From the human T2T-CHM13v2.0 reference genome, Homo sapiens, in contig CP068257.2 in NCBI GenBank assembly GCA_009914755.4, positions 23,872,001 through 23,936,000 of the forward strand: a stretch of DNA of 64,000 nt, in the 5' to 3' direction. The position numbers and the translations under genes are program-made. The notes under the pieces were generated by a model that saw only the letters and a list, made by a program, of their open reading frames with translations, made no database searches and was not told the origin of the DNA. Of this stretch, positions 1 to 15,477 are shown one piece after another. Numbering within the stretch: position 1 is the first letter of the stretch; each line of letters starts with the position of its first letter.

Positions 1-320
1 ATTCTAGTGCTTTGTCTGATACAAGATAAGTGTTCTGACAAATTTTTGTGGCATGAAAAAATTGAAAGGCCAAAACAATAAAATCTAGGTCTTTTCAAAA
101 AATTCATTCTTGTATTCCAATTTTCATTTTCGTCACAAAAATGAGTGTTTTGGGCTACCATGTATATTCTCCTTAAAAGTTAATTTATACTGGCTCTTAT
201 ACTTTTTTTCCCAGCAAAAAGATTACAAATATTTTCTGACCTATGTTTTTAGCTTAAAACATAGGTAAACTATACATTATGTCATATATGCATGTGCATA
301 TAAATATATACACACACTAT

Positions 321-932
321 GTCAGTCAAGGTCCTCCAAAGAAACAGAACCAATAGAATGGATGGATGGATGGATGGATGGATGGATGGATGGATGGATG
401 GATGGAGACAGATAAAATATCACGAATTGGTTTACATGATTATGGAAGCTGAGAAGTCCCACAATTTGCCATCTATCAGATAGACAGGAAAACCAATGGT
501 GTCGTTCCAGTCTAAGTCTGAAGGCTTGAGAACAGGGAGCACCAATGGTGTAAGTTTTCATCAAAGTTCAAAAGTCTTAAAACCAGAGAGACAACAGTAT
601 AAGTTAAAGTTCAAGTACAAAAGCCTGGGAACCAGGAGCACCAAAGATGTAAGTCTCAGTTCAAGCGTGAGAAGACAGATGTCCCAACACAAACAGGCAG
701 GCAGGAAAGGGATGAATCTTCCCTTCCTCCACTTTTTGTTCTATTCAGGCCCTCAACAGATTGAATGAGTCCACCCATATTGGAGAAAGCAATCTTCTTT
801 ACTCAGTCTACCTATTCAAATGCTAATCTCTTCTAGAGACACCCTCATAGACACACACAGAAATAATGTTTAACCAAATATCTGGGCACACTGTGGTCTA
901 GTCAAGTTGACACATAAAAATAATCATCACAC
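321..932 (-). mobile_element. Solo LTR of an ERVL/MaLR-like family (family name not resolved); minus orientation
   Basis: TG...CA termini. Reverse complement of the LTR copies at 15478-16035 and 19930-20487 (shared blocks such as gtcaagttgacacataaaattaaccatcaca, cctattggttctgtttctctggag). (GGAT)n embedded. Confidence 0.5.
357..407. repeat. (GGAT)n tetranucleotide microsatellite, about 12 units
   Basis: Direct read: gatggatggatgg... Produces the repetitive peptide ORF at 322-564. Confidence 0.95.
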
Positions 933-1309
933 ACATACATATTTATTTTTAGTGATCTTTATTTGTACTAATGTGTTTTGATTCTAGATTCATGGAATGC
1001 TCTCACTCTCATTTCTGAAGATTCAATGAGCAAGAGATTTCTGGATTCATCTGGCTGAGTGAAACTATACTACCGATTCTTTTAATGCCATGTGAATTAA
1101 AGCACATACACTTGAAAATAACAAAATTAATTAACCAGTGGTACTCAAAAAGGGCATAGACTATACTTATTTCACATACTTATTTTCCCAATAAAGATGG
1201 CCAAGAAGTAGAAGAATCTGAAGCAGACTCAGGCACTGTAGCATGGTGACACTTCATATCCAGATCACAAACTAGTTAGTCATCAAAATCATGACTATAT
1301 CAATACCTC

Positions 1310-1990
1310 CATATGTCAGTTTTCTATTGTTGCCATAACAAATTACTGCAAATTGAGCTCCTTTAAACAACTTCAATGTATTATCTCATAGTTCTGTGGG
1401 TCAGAAGTCTGGTGAATTCAGCTGGTTCCTCTGGTCCAGGTTTCACAGACTGAAATCAAATTGCTGGCAAACTGGACTCTTATCTGAAGGCTCTGAGGGA
1501 TAACTCATTCAAGTTGTTGGAAGAATTCAGTTTTCATGACTGCAAGGCTAAGGATCATATTTCCTGGCTAGCTGTTAGCCAGGAGCCTCCCTCAGCCTCT
1601 TAAGGCTGTGCAAATTCCTCATCATGCTGCTCCCTCCAACATCAAACCAGAAAGTTCCCATTGAGTCCCTGTACTTTGAATTGTTCTCGCTGCTGCTGCT
1701 GCTGCTGCATCTCTTCTGCCTCCAGTTGGAGAAAGCTCTCTGCTTTGAAGGCTTTATGTAATTAGATTGGGCCTACTTGGATAATCCAGAATAATCTCCT
1801 CATTATATGGTCAGTAACTTTAATTACATCTGCAAAGTCCCCTTTGCCAACTAACATAACATATTCACAGGTTGCAGGGATTAGGGCATAGACAGCTCTC
1901 GGAGAGAAGTCTGGGGAGGGAACATGCTGCCTACCACATCCCACATCTAAAAGGAAATACATACAGGGGGTGGCAGTATCACCTTTCCTC
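1310..1990 (+). mobile_element. Ancient LTR-like interspersed repeat (family unresolved) with internal (CTG)6
   Basis: Motifs shared with copies at 14745-15200, 44375-44880, 45290-45720 (ccataacaaa ttac...aaactg..ttaaacaac; ctgcaaagtccc...cacaggt...ggg). (CTG)6 at about 1689-1707. Confidence 0.4.
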
Positions 1991-2599
1991 TCTTCTGACT
2001 CAGGAATACCGCAAATGGTATCTAGAGAGAAACTGGCAAAAAATTGGAAATCAAGAATGGAACTCAATCTTTTTGAAAATACTTAGAAACTGTCTCAAGA
2101 TAATTTTTAAATCATTTATTCTATCTTATGATAATTTAAAATAACAACTTAATAACAGTGAAGATAATAAAAATATTTATTGAGAACCAGATGGGCCAGA
2201 TTGACTGTGCTAAATTCTGTTCAGTATATCATTTATCATAATTAATAAACACAACCACACACACACATCTATTTCTGTACCTCCTGCTCTGTTTTTTTTA
2301 GGCTGACTGCATATTACTAGATCAGAAATACATTGTTTTATTACTATTACTTTGAAATATATTTTAACACCAAGAAACGTAAGTCTTATTTCTAAACACC
2401 CTTCATTCCACACACACAAACACACATATTCCTCTTCTATTTAAATTTATATTAGCTATTCTCACTCATTAAATTTTTATAATGGAATTTAGGTACATAT
2501 AATTGAATTAATCATAATCCTCAGTCAATAATTATTGGAATAGAACTATTTTACCTTATTTATTTAGCGTTAATGAATAAATAAAATTAAAACTATTTA

Positions 2600-2740
2600 A
2601 AAAGTAACTATGGAAGGTGATGGATATGTAAATTTGTTTGACTATAGTAATCATTTTAATACATATATGTATATCAAAATATGGTGTACACCTTAAATAT
2701 ATACTTTATAGTATTTATTTTAAGATAATTTAAAAATAAT
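2600..2740 (+). mobile_element. L1 extreme 3'-UTR tail fragment
   Basis: Resembles the L1M 3' tail (...gtacaccttaaatatatac...ttttaa), as at 28600-28890 and 56340-56465. Confidence 0.4.
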
Positions 2741-4539
2741 GATATTGAACAAATACCCATTAATATACCACCCACCCAAGACTGAAAATATCAACACAAA
2801 TTTACATATCCTCCCCACTTTTATTCTCCTGTCTCTCCTCACACACACACACCTAGAAGTAACCACTGTCTCAAATTTTGTGTTTATCATTTCCTTCCTT
2901 TGTAAAATAATTTTTTACATACCAGCATGTTTAATCAAATGTTTATTTTACTTGTTTTTATCTTTATAAAACATCACTTTTATAAATGACTTCAGAATCA
3001 TTTTTGTCAAATCTGCTCCCCAACAAAATTTTACAACTTTAATTGAGATGCATTATATTTATAAGTGACTTGGGGAAGAATTATTATCTCTGAAATCATG
3101 AATTTTCATGTATTAGTGGTTATGACCATTCCCACTTATAATTTGTATCTCTCTTCATTGCTATTCTTTTTGTTGTTATTTGAGGTTTGTCTGGCAATTT
3201 TTTTTCAATAAGCTGTATTTTGGATGTATACACTAGAATTTGTTTTTAAACCTATAATTTCTGAATTGTCTTTATTTGCTCTATCCAACTGGTATTCTTA
3301 GATTACTTATATTGCCTTCTTTTAACTACTTAGATTAACCTTCAGCCTGTTTCATATTTATTTTTTATTTAATAAAAAACATATTTAAAATTCTAAATTA
3401 TACTCTTGAGTTACAAGTTACAATCTTACTATTCTGGTTGTCATACTATTCAAAATATTCCATAATCACGATTTTGTTCTTTGTGTACATGTTAAAGTTA
3501 CTTAGTATAATTGATTTTTTAATTTCCAAGTGATTGGTTTTTAAATCAAACTTACATTGTTAATTTCTATCTTTCCTACACTGTTCAGAGTTTTTGTCCT
3601 GTAAATCTTGTGCTTTTTATGTAACATGCAGAGTTTGTGTTCCAATATGTGATCATGTTTTAATATTATGTGAACATATTCTGTTTATAGTATATAAAAA
3701 TTAATAGTAATAATGATATTATTAAGTGTTTATTAGTAAAAGAATAGTCTGGAATATGCTTCAAAACATAGCAGCAATAACTCACTAAATACACACACAT
3801 ACACAAAGTGGTATAGATAGGTTTTTAAAGGATGGCAAAATATGAATTTTACCTCTTATCAATATAAATTGGCTATAAAGACAGAGCAAGTTGACCAAAT
3901 AGAAGCCTTCACCAATCATTCTCCCTGCAGGAACACCAAATAGAACAATTATCAACACAAAAGAAGCACCTTCATAAGAACCAAAAATCAGGTGAGTGAT
4001 CACAGTACCTGGTTTTAACTTCATATCACTGAAAGAGGTGCCGAAGAGGATAGAAAAGACAGTCTTGAATTGCCCACACCACGCCTGCCCCATCCCCCAG
4101 CAGCAGCCATGTGGTGGAGAAAGAATCTGTGTGCTTGGGGGAGGGGGAGCACAGTGACTGTGGAATTTTACATTGGAACTCAGTGCTGCCTGTCACAGCA
4201 GAAAGTAATAGTGGGCAGAACTCAGTCAGCACCCACAGAGGGATAAGTTAGACCAGCCCTAGCCAGAGGGGAATTGCCCAACCCAGTGGTTGGAACCTGA
4301 GTTCCAGCAAGCCTCACCATTGTGGGTTAAAGTACTCTGAAGTCCTAAATAAACTTGAAAGGCAACAGGGACTGCAATTCCTGGGCAAGTCCTGGTGCTG
4401 TGTTGGATTCAAAGCCAGCGGATGTTGGTGGCATGCAACCTTGTGAGACACCAGCCGGGGTGGCCAAGGGAATGCTTGCATCACCCCTCCCCAACCCCCG
4501 GCAGTGCAGCTTGCAGCTCCAGGAGAGACTTCTTTCTGC

Positions 4540-5400
4540 TTAATGAGAGGAGAGGGAAGAGTAAAAAGAACTTTGTCTTGCAACTTGGATACCAGTTCCA
4601 CCACAGTAGGATAGGGCACTGGGCAGAGTCATGAGGCCTCCATTCCAGAACCTAGCTTCTGTACAACATTTCTAGGCACACACTGGCGCAGAAGGGAACC
4701 TGCTCTTTTGAAGGGAAGGATCCAGTCCTGTCAAGAATTATCCACAGCTGACTAAAAAACCTTTGGGCCCTGAATAGTCAGCAGTGGTACCCAGATAGCA
4801 CTCACCATAGGCTTTGAGTGAGACTCAGAGACATGCTGGATTCCCGTATGATCCAGCACATTCCGAGTTGTGGGAGATATGGGGAAAGCCTCCTTCTTCT
4901 TGAGAAATGGAGAGAGAAGAATAAAAGGGACTTTGTCTTGCAGCTTAGGTACCAGCTCAACCACAGTGGAGTAAAACACCAAGCGGGCCCTTAGGGTCCC
5001 TAATTCCAGGCCTTGGCTCTTGGACAGCATTTCTGAATCTGCCCTGGGCCAGAGAGAAACCCACTGCCATGAAGGGAGAGTCTCAGGCCAGGCAGCACTC
5101 ACCTCAAGCTGACTGAAGAGCCCTTCAGCCTTGAGTGAACACTGGCAGTAGCCAGGCAGTACTCCCCCTGAGCCTTGGGTGGTGGTGGACACAAGGAAAA
5201 CTCCTCTGCTTGTGGAAAGGGAAGGGAATAGTGAGAAGGACTTCATCCTGTGGCTTGGAGGCCAGCTCAGCCACAGTAGAATAGAGCACTGGGGAGATTC
5301 TTAAGGTTTTCCAGGCCCTGTCTCCTGGAAGCATCTCCGGACCCACTGGCACTTGGGGAACTCACCACCCTAAAGGGAAGAACACAAGTCTGGCTTGCTT
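4540..5400 (+). repeat. Tandem about 330-bp repeat units inside the L1 5'UTR
   Basis: Block ggaagagtaaaaagaactttgtcttgcaacttggataccag...ccacagtag.atag.gcactgg recurs at about 4550, 4910 and 5220. Typical of older L1 5'UTRs. Confidence 0.6.
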
Positions 5401-7318
5401 TGCTACCTGCTGATTTTAGAGCCCTAGGACTTTGAGCAAATATAGGCAGTAGCCAGGCAGTGGTCACCACGGGCATTGGGCAAGATCCAGTACCATGCTG
5501 ACTTCAGGTCAGACCCAGCACAGTCCCAGTGGTGGTGGCCACAGGAGTGCTTGCATAATCCCTCCCCCAACTCCAGGCAGTTCAGCATAGGGAAAGAGAT
5601 TCCATTTATTTGGGAGAAAGTAAAGAAAGAGAACAAGAATCTCTGCCTGAAAATCCAGAGAATTCTTTCAGATCTTATCCAAGACCACCACCAAGGTGGT
5701 ACCTCTACAAGTCTGCAAGAGCCACAGTGTTACTAGGCTTGAGGCATCTCCTAAGGCAGACACAAGTGTCATGACCAAAACTCAGATTACAACACCTAAG
5801 TCCCTTAGAATACCTGGAAAGCCTTCCTAAGAAAGATGGGTACAAACAAGCTCAGACTGTGAAGACTACAATAAATACCTAACTCTTCAATGCCCAGACA
5901 CTGATGAACACCCACAAACATTAAGACTATCCAGGAAAATATAACCTCACCAAATTAACTAAATAAGGCACCAGAGAACAATTCTGAAGAAACAAAGATA
6001 TATGATCTTTCAGACAGAGAATTTAAAATAGCTGTTTTGAGGAAACTCAACAAAATTCAAGATAACACAGAGAAGGAATTTATAATCCTATCAAATAAAC
6101 TTAACAAAAAGACTGAAACAATTAAAAAGAATCAAACAAAAATTCTGGAGTTGAAAAATGCCACTGAAGAATGCATCAGAGTCCCTTACCAGAAGAACTG
6201 ATCAAGCAGAAGAAAGAATTAGTGAGCTTGAAGACAGGCTATTTGAAAATACACAGAGGAGACAAAAGAAAAATGAATTTAAAGGAAGAAAGCATGCCAA
6301 AAAGATCTAGAAAATAGCCTCAAAGGGGAAAATCTAAGAGTTATTGGCCTTAAAGGGGAAGGAGAGGGGGAGAAATAGGGGTAGAAAGTTTATTCAAAAT
6401 GATAACAGAGAACTTCACAAACCTAGAGGAAAATATCAGTATTCAAGTATAAGAAAGTATAGAACACCAAGCAGATTTAACCCAAATAGGACCACCTAAA
6501 GACATTTAATAATCAAACCACTAAAGGTTAAGGATAAAGAATTTTAAAAACAGCAGGAGAAAAGAAACAACACACAATGGAGCTCCAATACATATGAGAG
6601 CAAACTATTCAGGGGAAGCTGTATAGCCCAGGAAAGAGCTGTACGACGTATCTAAAGTGCTGAAGGAAAAAACTTTTATCCTAGAATAGTATATCTGGAG
6701 GAAATAGCCTTCAAACATGAAGGAGAAATGAAGACTTTTCAAGACAAACAAAAGTGGAGGGAATTTATCAACACCAGACCTGTCCTACAAGAAATGCTAA
6801 AGAGAGTTATTCGAGCTAAAGGAAAAGAACATTAATGAGCAATAACAAATCATCTAAAGGTACAAATCTCATGGGTAATAGTAAGTACACAGAAAAAATG
6901 CAAAATATAATAACACTGTAATTGTGATGTGTAAACTACTCATATCTCGAGTAGGAAAACTAAAAAGTAAGCCAATCAAAAATAACACCTATAACTTTTC
7001 AAAACATAGATGGTACTATGTAGATATATATAAAAACAACAAAAAGTTAAAAAGTGGAAGACAAATTTAAAGTGTGCAGTTGTTATTAGCTTTGCTTGTT
7101 TTTTAGTTTGTTTATGGAATCAGTGTTCAGTTGTCAAATAGGTAATAAAATTTTATTTGCAAGCCTCATGATAACCTCAGAATCAAAAAACATACAACAG
7201 GTATGCAAAAAGTATAAAGCAATAAATTAAAACATATCTCCAGAAAAAAATCACCTTCATTATAAGGAAGAAAAGAAGCAAGAGAAGACATCCAAACAAC
7301 CAGAAAACAAATAACAAA

Positions 7319-7645
7319 ATGGTAGAAGTAAGTCCTTACTTATCAATAATAACATTGAGCCTAAATGGACTAAACTCTCTAAGCAAAAGACACAGAGTGG
7401 CTGAATGGATGAAAAAACAAGATCCAACAATCTGTTGCCTTCAAGAAACACACTTCGCCTATAAAGACAGGCATAGACTGAAAATAAAGATATGGAAAAA
7501 AATATTCCATGCAAATGAAAACCAAAACAGTGCAAGAGTAGCTATACTTAAAATATACAAAATAGATTTAAGGACAAAAGCTATAAAAAGAGAAGAAGAA
7601 GGTCCTTATAACATGATAAAGGGGTCAATCAGCAAGAGGATGTAA
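7319..7645 (+). pseudogene. L1 ORF2 N-terminal (endonuclease) remnant
   Basis: The translation LNGLNSLSKRHRVAEWMKKQDPTICCLQETHF..KDRHRLKIKIWKKIFHANENQ matches the L1 ORF2p start (LNINGLNSPIKRHRLA.WI..QDP.ICCLQETHL). Confidence 0.85.
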
Positions 7646-8831
7646 CAATTCTAAGCATACTTGCACCCAATACTGGAACACCCAAATGTATAAAGCAAAT
7701 ATTATTAGACCTCGAGAGAGATAGAGCCCTATACAATAATAGCTAGATACTTCAACATCTCACTTTCAGCATTGGACAGATCATCCAGACAGAAAATCAA
7801 GAAAGAAATATCAGACTTAATCTGCACTATAGACCAAATGGACCTAATTGATATTTACAGAACATTTCATTCAACAGCTGCAGAATGCATATTCTTCTCC
7901 TCAGGGCATGGATCATTCTCAAGTATGGACTATGTTAGGACACAAAACAAGTCTTTAAATATATTTTTTAAAAAAAGAAATTACATAAAATATTTTATCT
8001 GACCACAATGGAATAAAACTAGAAATCAATAACAAAAGGAATTTTGGAAACTACAAAAACACATGAAAATTAAACAATATGCTCCTGAATGGCAGTGGGC
8101 TAATGAAGAAATTAAGAAGACAATTTAAAAATTTCTTGAAATAAATGATAATGGAAACACAACACACCAAAACCTATGGGATCCAGTAAAAGCAGTCATA
8201 AGAGGAAAGTTTATAGCTATAAGTGCCTACATCAAAAAGGTATAAAAACTACCCAAAAACGCGTCTTTAAGAACTTAAAAAATCAGGAGTAAATCATACC
8301 CAAAATTAGTAGAAGAAGAAAAATAATGAAGACCAGAGAAGATATAAATGAAATTGAAATGAAGAAAACAATATAAAAGATCAATGAAATGAAAAGTTTG
8401 TTTTCTTGAAAAGATAAATAAAATTGAAAAACCTTTAGCCAGACTAAAAAAAGAAGAGAAAAAAATCCAAATAAATAAAATCAGAGATGAAAAAAGAGAC
8501 ATTACAACTGATGTCACAGAAATTCAATGGATCATCAGAGGCTACTATGAGAAACTATATGTCAATAAATTGGAAAACCTAGAAGAAATGGATAAATTCC
8601 TAGACACATACAACCAATCAAAATTGAGCCATGAAGAAATCCAATACCTGAATAGACCAAAAATGAGAAACAAGATTGAGCCACAATAAAAAGCCTCCCA
8701 GCAAAGAAAAGCCCTGGACCCAGTGGCTTCCCTGTTGAATTCTACCAAATTTTTAAAGAAAAACTAATACCAATCCTACTCAAACTATTCCAAAAAATAG
8801 AGGAGGGGAGAATATTTCCAAACTCATTCTA

Positions 8832-8926
8832 TTAGGCTGGTACAAATGCAATTGCGATTTTTGCCATTGAAAGTAATGGCAAAACCCACAATGGCAAAAA
8901 CCACAATTGCCTTTGCACCAACCTAA
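8832..8926. mobile_element. MADE1-type mariner MITE nested in L1
   Basis: ttaggctggtacaaatgcaattgcgatttttgccattgaaagtaatggcaaaa...ccacaattgcctttgcaccaacctaa. Palindromic TIRs (ttaggttggtgcaaaag / cttttgcaccaacctaa type). Interrupts L1 ORF2. Confidence 0.8.
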
Positions 8927-9004
8927 TATGAGACCAGTATTACACTGATACCAAAGCCAGACAAAAGCACATCAGAAAAAGAAAACTACAGGCTAATATC
9001 GCAG

Positions 9005-9244
9005 ATGAACATAGATGCAAAACTCCTCAACAAAATATCAGCAAACCAAATTCAACAACACATTAAAAAGGTCATTCATCATGACCAAGTGGGATTTATC
9101 CCTGGAATAAAAGGATGGTTCAACATATGCAAATCAAACAACGTGATACATCATATCAACAGAATAAAGGACAAAACCCATATGACCATTTCAATTGATG
9201 CTGAAAAAACATTTGATAAAATTAAACATCTCTTCATGATTTAA
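9005..9244 (+). pseudogene. L1 ORF2 reverse-transcriptase segment remnant
   Basis: [65 protein letters not shown] matches the conserved L1 RT block. Confidence 0.85.
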
Positions 9245-9272
9245 AAAAACAAAAAAACAAAAAAAACAAAAA

Positions 9273-9576
<304 letters not shown>

Positions 9577-11585
9577 TCTTGGTAAAGAAGGAATGTACCT
9601 CAGCATAATAAAAGCCAGATACAACAGACTCACAGTTAGTATCATACTAAATGGGGAAAAATTACAAGTCTTTCCTCTCAGATTTAGAACATAACAAAGA
9701 TGCCCACTTTCACCACCATTATTCAACATAGTACTGGAAGTCCTAGCTGGAGTAATCAGACAAGAGAAAGAAATAAAGGTATCCAAATTGGAAAGGAAGC
9801 AGCCAAATTATCATGGTTTACTGATGATGTGATCTTATATTTGGAAAAACTTAAAGACTCCACAAGAAAACAATGAAAACTGATAAATTCAGTAAAGTTG
9901 AAGGATACAAAATCAGCATACGTAAATCAGCAGCATTTCTATATGCCAACAGCCATCCGAAAAACATTCTGAAAAAAAATCAAGAAAGTAATACCATTTA
10001 CCATAGCTATGAATAAAATTCAATACCTAGAAATTAACCAAAGAAGTGAAAAATCTCAACAATGAAAACCATAAAACACTGATGCAAGAAATTAGAGAGA
10101 ATACCAAAAATAAAAGGAAAAATATCCCATGTTCATGTATTGAAGGAATCAATATTGTTAAAATGTTCATGCTACTACTCAAAGCAATCTACAGATTCAG
10201 TGCAATCCCTATCAAAATTTATATGGAGCCACAAAAGACCCAGAATAGCCAAAGCTATCCTGAGAAAAAAAAAAAAAGGAGGACTCACATTACCTCACTT
10301 CAAATTGTACTACAGAGCTATAGTAACCAAAACAGCAGAAAACAGGTACTGGCATGAAAACAGACACAAGAACATACCACTGGAGAAAGGACCATCTCCT
10401 CAACAAACGGTTCTGGGAAAACTGAATATCCATATGCAGAAGAATTAAATTAGACCCCTATCTCTCACGATATACAAAAATCAAATCAAAATCGATTAGA
10501 GACTTAAATCTAAGACCTTAAAATATGAAACTACTAAAAGAAAACATTGGGAAAACTCTCCAGGACACTGGTCTGGGCAAAAATTTCTTGGGTAATACCC
10601 CACAAGCACAGGAAAGCAAAGCAAAAATGGACACATATGATCACATTAAGTTAGAAAGCTTCTGCACAGCAAGTAACAAATTTAACAAAGTAAAGAGGCA
10701 ACCCACAGAATAGGAGAAAATATTTTCAAACTATCCATCTGACAAGGATTAATAACCAGTATATATAAAGAGCTCACACAACTCTGTAGGAAAAATCTAA
10801 TAATCCAATTTTAAAATGGGCAAAAGATTTGAATACACATTTTTGAAAGAAGACATACAATTTGCAACCAGGTATATAAAAAGGTGCTCAACATCATTGA
10901 TCACCAGAGAAATGCAAATCAAAACTACAATGAGATATCATCTCACCCCAGTTAAAATGATTTTATCCAAAGACAGGCAATAACAAATGTTGGCAAGGAT
11001 GCGGAGAAAAGGGAAGCCTCATACATGATTGGTGACAATGTAAATTAGTACAAGCACTATGGAGAACAGTTTGGAGTTTCCTGAAAAAACTAAAAATTGA
11101 GCTACCATATGATCCAGCAAAACCACTACTAGGTGTATACCCAAAAGAAAATAAATCAGTATATTGAAGAGACATCTGCATTCCCACATTTATTGCAGCA
11201 CTATTCACAATAGCCAAGATTTGGAAACAACCTAAGTGTCCATCAACAGGCCTTCTTATTCTTTAGTTATTTTTTGCCTGAAAAAAGTTAATTAAATCTT
11301 TTTTTCTGAAATGTGAATCTAATTCTCCTCCCACATCATTAGAGATATTGCTAAATTATCTTTCTTGACTGTATCTCTACCTTTTTCTCTTTTTCCAGGT
11401 TTTTTCCTCCAACATACCAATATTCTTACCAGTTTTTCTTTTTAAATGCCTTCTCTTTTGACCTTCTTGTTTCTCGTAGCTACTATCCTACATCATTCTC
11501 TTTAATGTCACACTACTTCCTACTTGCAAAAGTGGTCTACACTCTTAAGTCTCCAATTTCTAACCACTTTAAAACACTGCTGTAA

Positions 11586-12082
<497 letters not shown>

Positions 12083-12502
12083 TAAGGCTTGACTCCCAAT
12101 AAGTGAAGGGTGATTACATAAATGTTGCTACATTATATACTAAAGTATATAATACAACCATTAAAGATATGAACAAAAGCACCAACTGCATTTGTGACCC
12201 TTTCCATGGGATAGTCACCTTGAAGTACAACTCCTTGGCCAAAGAATATGAACATTTTGAGGGCTCTTAACCCATATTGCCAAAATGTTTTCCAGAAAAG
12301 TTTCACTGTCTCATTATTCCACACCTACTACTCCTAGCCTGTCTCCAGTATCCACATGAGTATTGCAAGAATAAAATGTGAAATGCTTGGCATACAATTA
12401 AAGAAAAAAAAAAAGATTTGACTCCCTTGCGATTTTCCTCCTAACTTTCTTGCTCTTCCACTTTTTCCTCTTCAGTTGTCTCTTAAGTACTGGGGTTCTC
12501 TG

Positions 12503-12795
<293 letters not shown>

Positions 12796-14744
12796 TCAGA
12801 CTTTTGCACAAGCCTCTCTTCTCACACTAATACTTATCCTAGCAGACATTACATAATCTCCATGGCATCAAGTAATGCCTATATGCCAGTGAGCTCCAAA
12901 ATATATACCAAAAACTAAAATAAATGCTCTGAGCTCTAGATCATTTAAGCCAACTAGGGTCTTATATCTCCACTTGGATATGTGATAAGCATCTTAGATT
13001 CAAAACTAAATGAATGTGATCAAAACTAACTGCATAATTTCCTCCCAATACTTCCTTCATAGATTGTATTTTTGCCTTCTCCCAAACCAGAAACCTAAGA
13101 ATCATTCTTATTTCATCCTTCTCCCTGACCCATACTGTCAGTTGTCAATTACTACAGTTTCTACCTTCTAAATTTATACCTGTTGTAACTCTCCGGCACT
13201 ACCTTTATTCAGGTTCTTGTAACTGACCAGTTGGATCATTGTCAGTCTTCACTGTCTCCATTCTTGCTCCACTCAATACATTAATTAGATTTCTAATAGA
13301 ATTATTTTCCTAAAATACAAATGTGATTATGCCACTCATATGCTATATCTTTCAATAACTCTCCACTGCTTTGAACATAAAATTCAAACCTCTTAACCTC
13401 ATACACCAGTTTTTAATCCAGCCTCTCCCATTAATTGTAGTCTTATTACTGTCCAACTCATACCCAGTACCTCGGCCACACTCAACCATTTTTCCCTAAC
13501 AAGGCATTCACTCCCTTTGCATATATGTTTCCCTCCAACTGACAAAAACTATTACCTTTCCTTGGTTACCTGAAAAATTCCTATTTATCCTTTCAGATAT
13601 CTCATATACTATCACCTATTCTCTCCACCAGAGGTTGTGTCTTACAATTCCACCTTCCAATTTGGGTTAGATTTTTTTCCAATTTTTTGTATTCTTCTTA
13701 TAATCAATTATAACAAATATAATTTTAAAATTACTGTCTCTGATATTGAACTAGGAATTCAATGAGGACAGAAATCATGTCTTATAAATCTTTCTTTCTG
13801 AGGGCCTATCACCAATGCCTTGTGATCAAGATAGAGATACATAGTTTAAATGAATGAAGAGCAAGTAGTTCAACACAGACATATTAAGAATATAGATGCA
13901 TTATAAGGACATACAAGGAAATGGCCAAATCATCAAAAGCCTTGTATGTCAGATCAGGATTTTGAAAGTCATCAGAAGATTTTAATAGGAAATGATATAA
14001 TTAAATGAACACATTTAAAAGCTCATCTTCTTGGTGAATAGACCATGGAAAGATAAAACTGGAGAAACCAAGAGGTTTTGAAATGGGATGAATAAACAAT
14101 TATGAAAGCCAAGACAATGACTGTGAGGATAAAGAGTAGGAGGAAAATATAAAAGATACTTTGAGAGTGGATAGAACTAAATGGCCAATTTGATATTTGT
14201 TAATGAGGCATTGAAAACCAAAGTCATCTCCAAGACTTCTCCCTGAGTGACTAGGAAGATGAATTATTCATTTGTAAATCATTAAACCACATTAAGCATA
14301 TGCTCTGAACCGGAAATATGCCAGATGCCAAGACCACGAGATAAACAAATAAAACACAGTCTCTGCCCTCCAAAATATAAAGGTGTAGTGGAAGAAATAA
14401 ACATATGAACATGTAAAAGAATGTAATAAATGTTATTTAAAATCTATAGGCAACATCCTGTGGGAAAACAAAAATTAGCACTTAACTCTGTTTGGGAATT
14501 AGTAGTACATAAATGTACTCTTAGTGGAATCATCTCCAAAAACTGTGAGGTACAGTCAACTGAAATAGGAAATTCAGGAAGTGGAGCAGATTTTGAGGAC
14601 AGAAGGGATACTATTTTCCATTTGAACCAGTTGAGACTGAGTGGTCTGTGGGTAATGCAGGTGACATTCGTCACAGAGTCAGGATCCAGAGTTCATGGAG
14701 AAGAGCTGGCCTAGAGACTTCTCACACCAGGATTACTACAATGG

Positions 14745-15200
14745 TCTTGTATTAGTTTCCTGTGGTTGTGGCAAATCAACACAAACTAGATGGCTTAGAA
14801 CAACCCAAACTTATTCCCTCAGTGTTCTGGAGGAATCTGAAATCAAGATGTTGTCAGGGCCATTCGCCTTCCAGAGGGTCTATAGGAGAACTCTTCCTTG
14901 CCTCTTTCAGCTTCTGGAGACTGTAGGCATTCCCTTACTTATGGCAGCACCACTCCAGTCTCTGCCTCACTGGTTACATTCCTTCCTTCTCTTCTGTCTC
15001 AAATCTCCCTCTGTCTTTCTCTTACAAGGACACTTTTCATTGAATTTTGGACCTACCCAGATAATCCAGGATGATCTCCTCATCTGAAAATCCTTACCTT
15101 AATTGTATCTATGAAGGCTCTTTTTCCAAATAAAGTAAAATTCATAAGGTTCTAGAAATGTGGACATATCATGTGGGGGCCATCATTCAACCCACTGTGG
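14745..15200 (+). mobile_element. Ancient LTR-like repeat (same family as 44375-44880 / 45290-45720)
   Basis: tgtattagtttcctgtggttgtggcaaatcaacacaaactagatggcttagaacaac...tcaaggtgtcag. Ends ...acatatcatgtgggggccatcattcaacccac. Confidence 0.45.
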
Positions 15201-15477
15201 GTATCCTAACTGATTTCCCTATTTCCACCGCAGGTTGCCTCCTTCAGTCAATTCTCAATACTATAGCTAGAGGAAACCTTTTAAAGCTTAGATCAAGTTG
15301 CTTCTCTGTTCAAAACCTCCTATTAGCACCCACTGCAATTAACAGCCAAATGGTTTACCAAGTTTGAGCATATGTGGCCCCCAGTTACCTCTCTGGCATC
15401 ATCACCTCCTTCTGCCCCCATGTTCACTCCACTTCTGCCCCACCAACCTCCTTGGTGTTCCCTTAACATGACACTCC

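Noticed and set aside
4540-5400. Regularly spaced direct repeats that could superficially suggest a CRISPR-like array
   Set aside because: The units are about 330 bp, contiguous with no unique spacers, and sit in the 5'UTR of an L1. They are tandem L1 5'UTR repeats in a human sequence.
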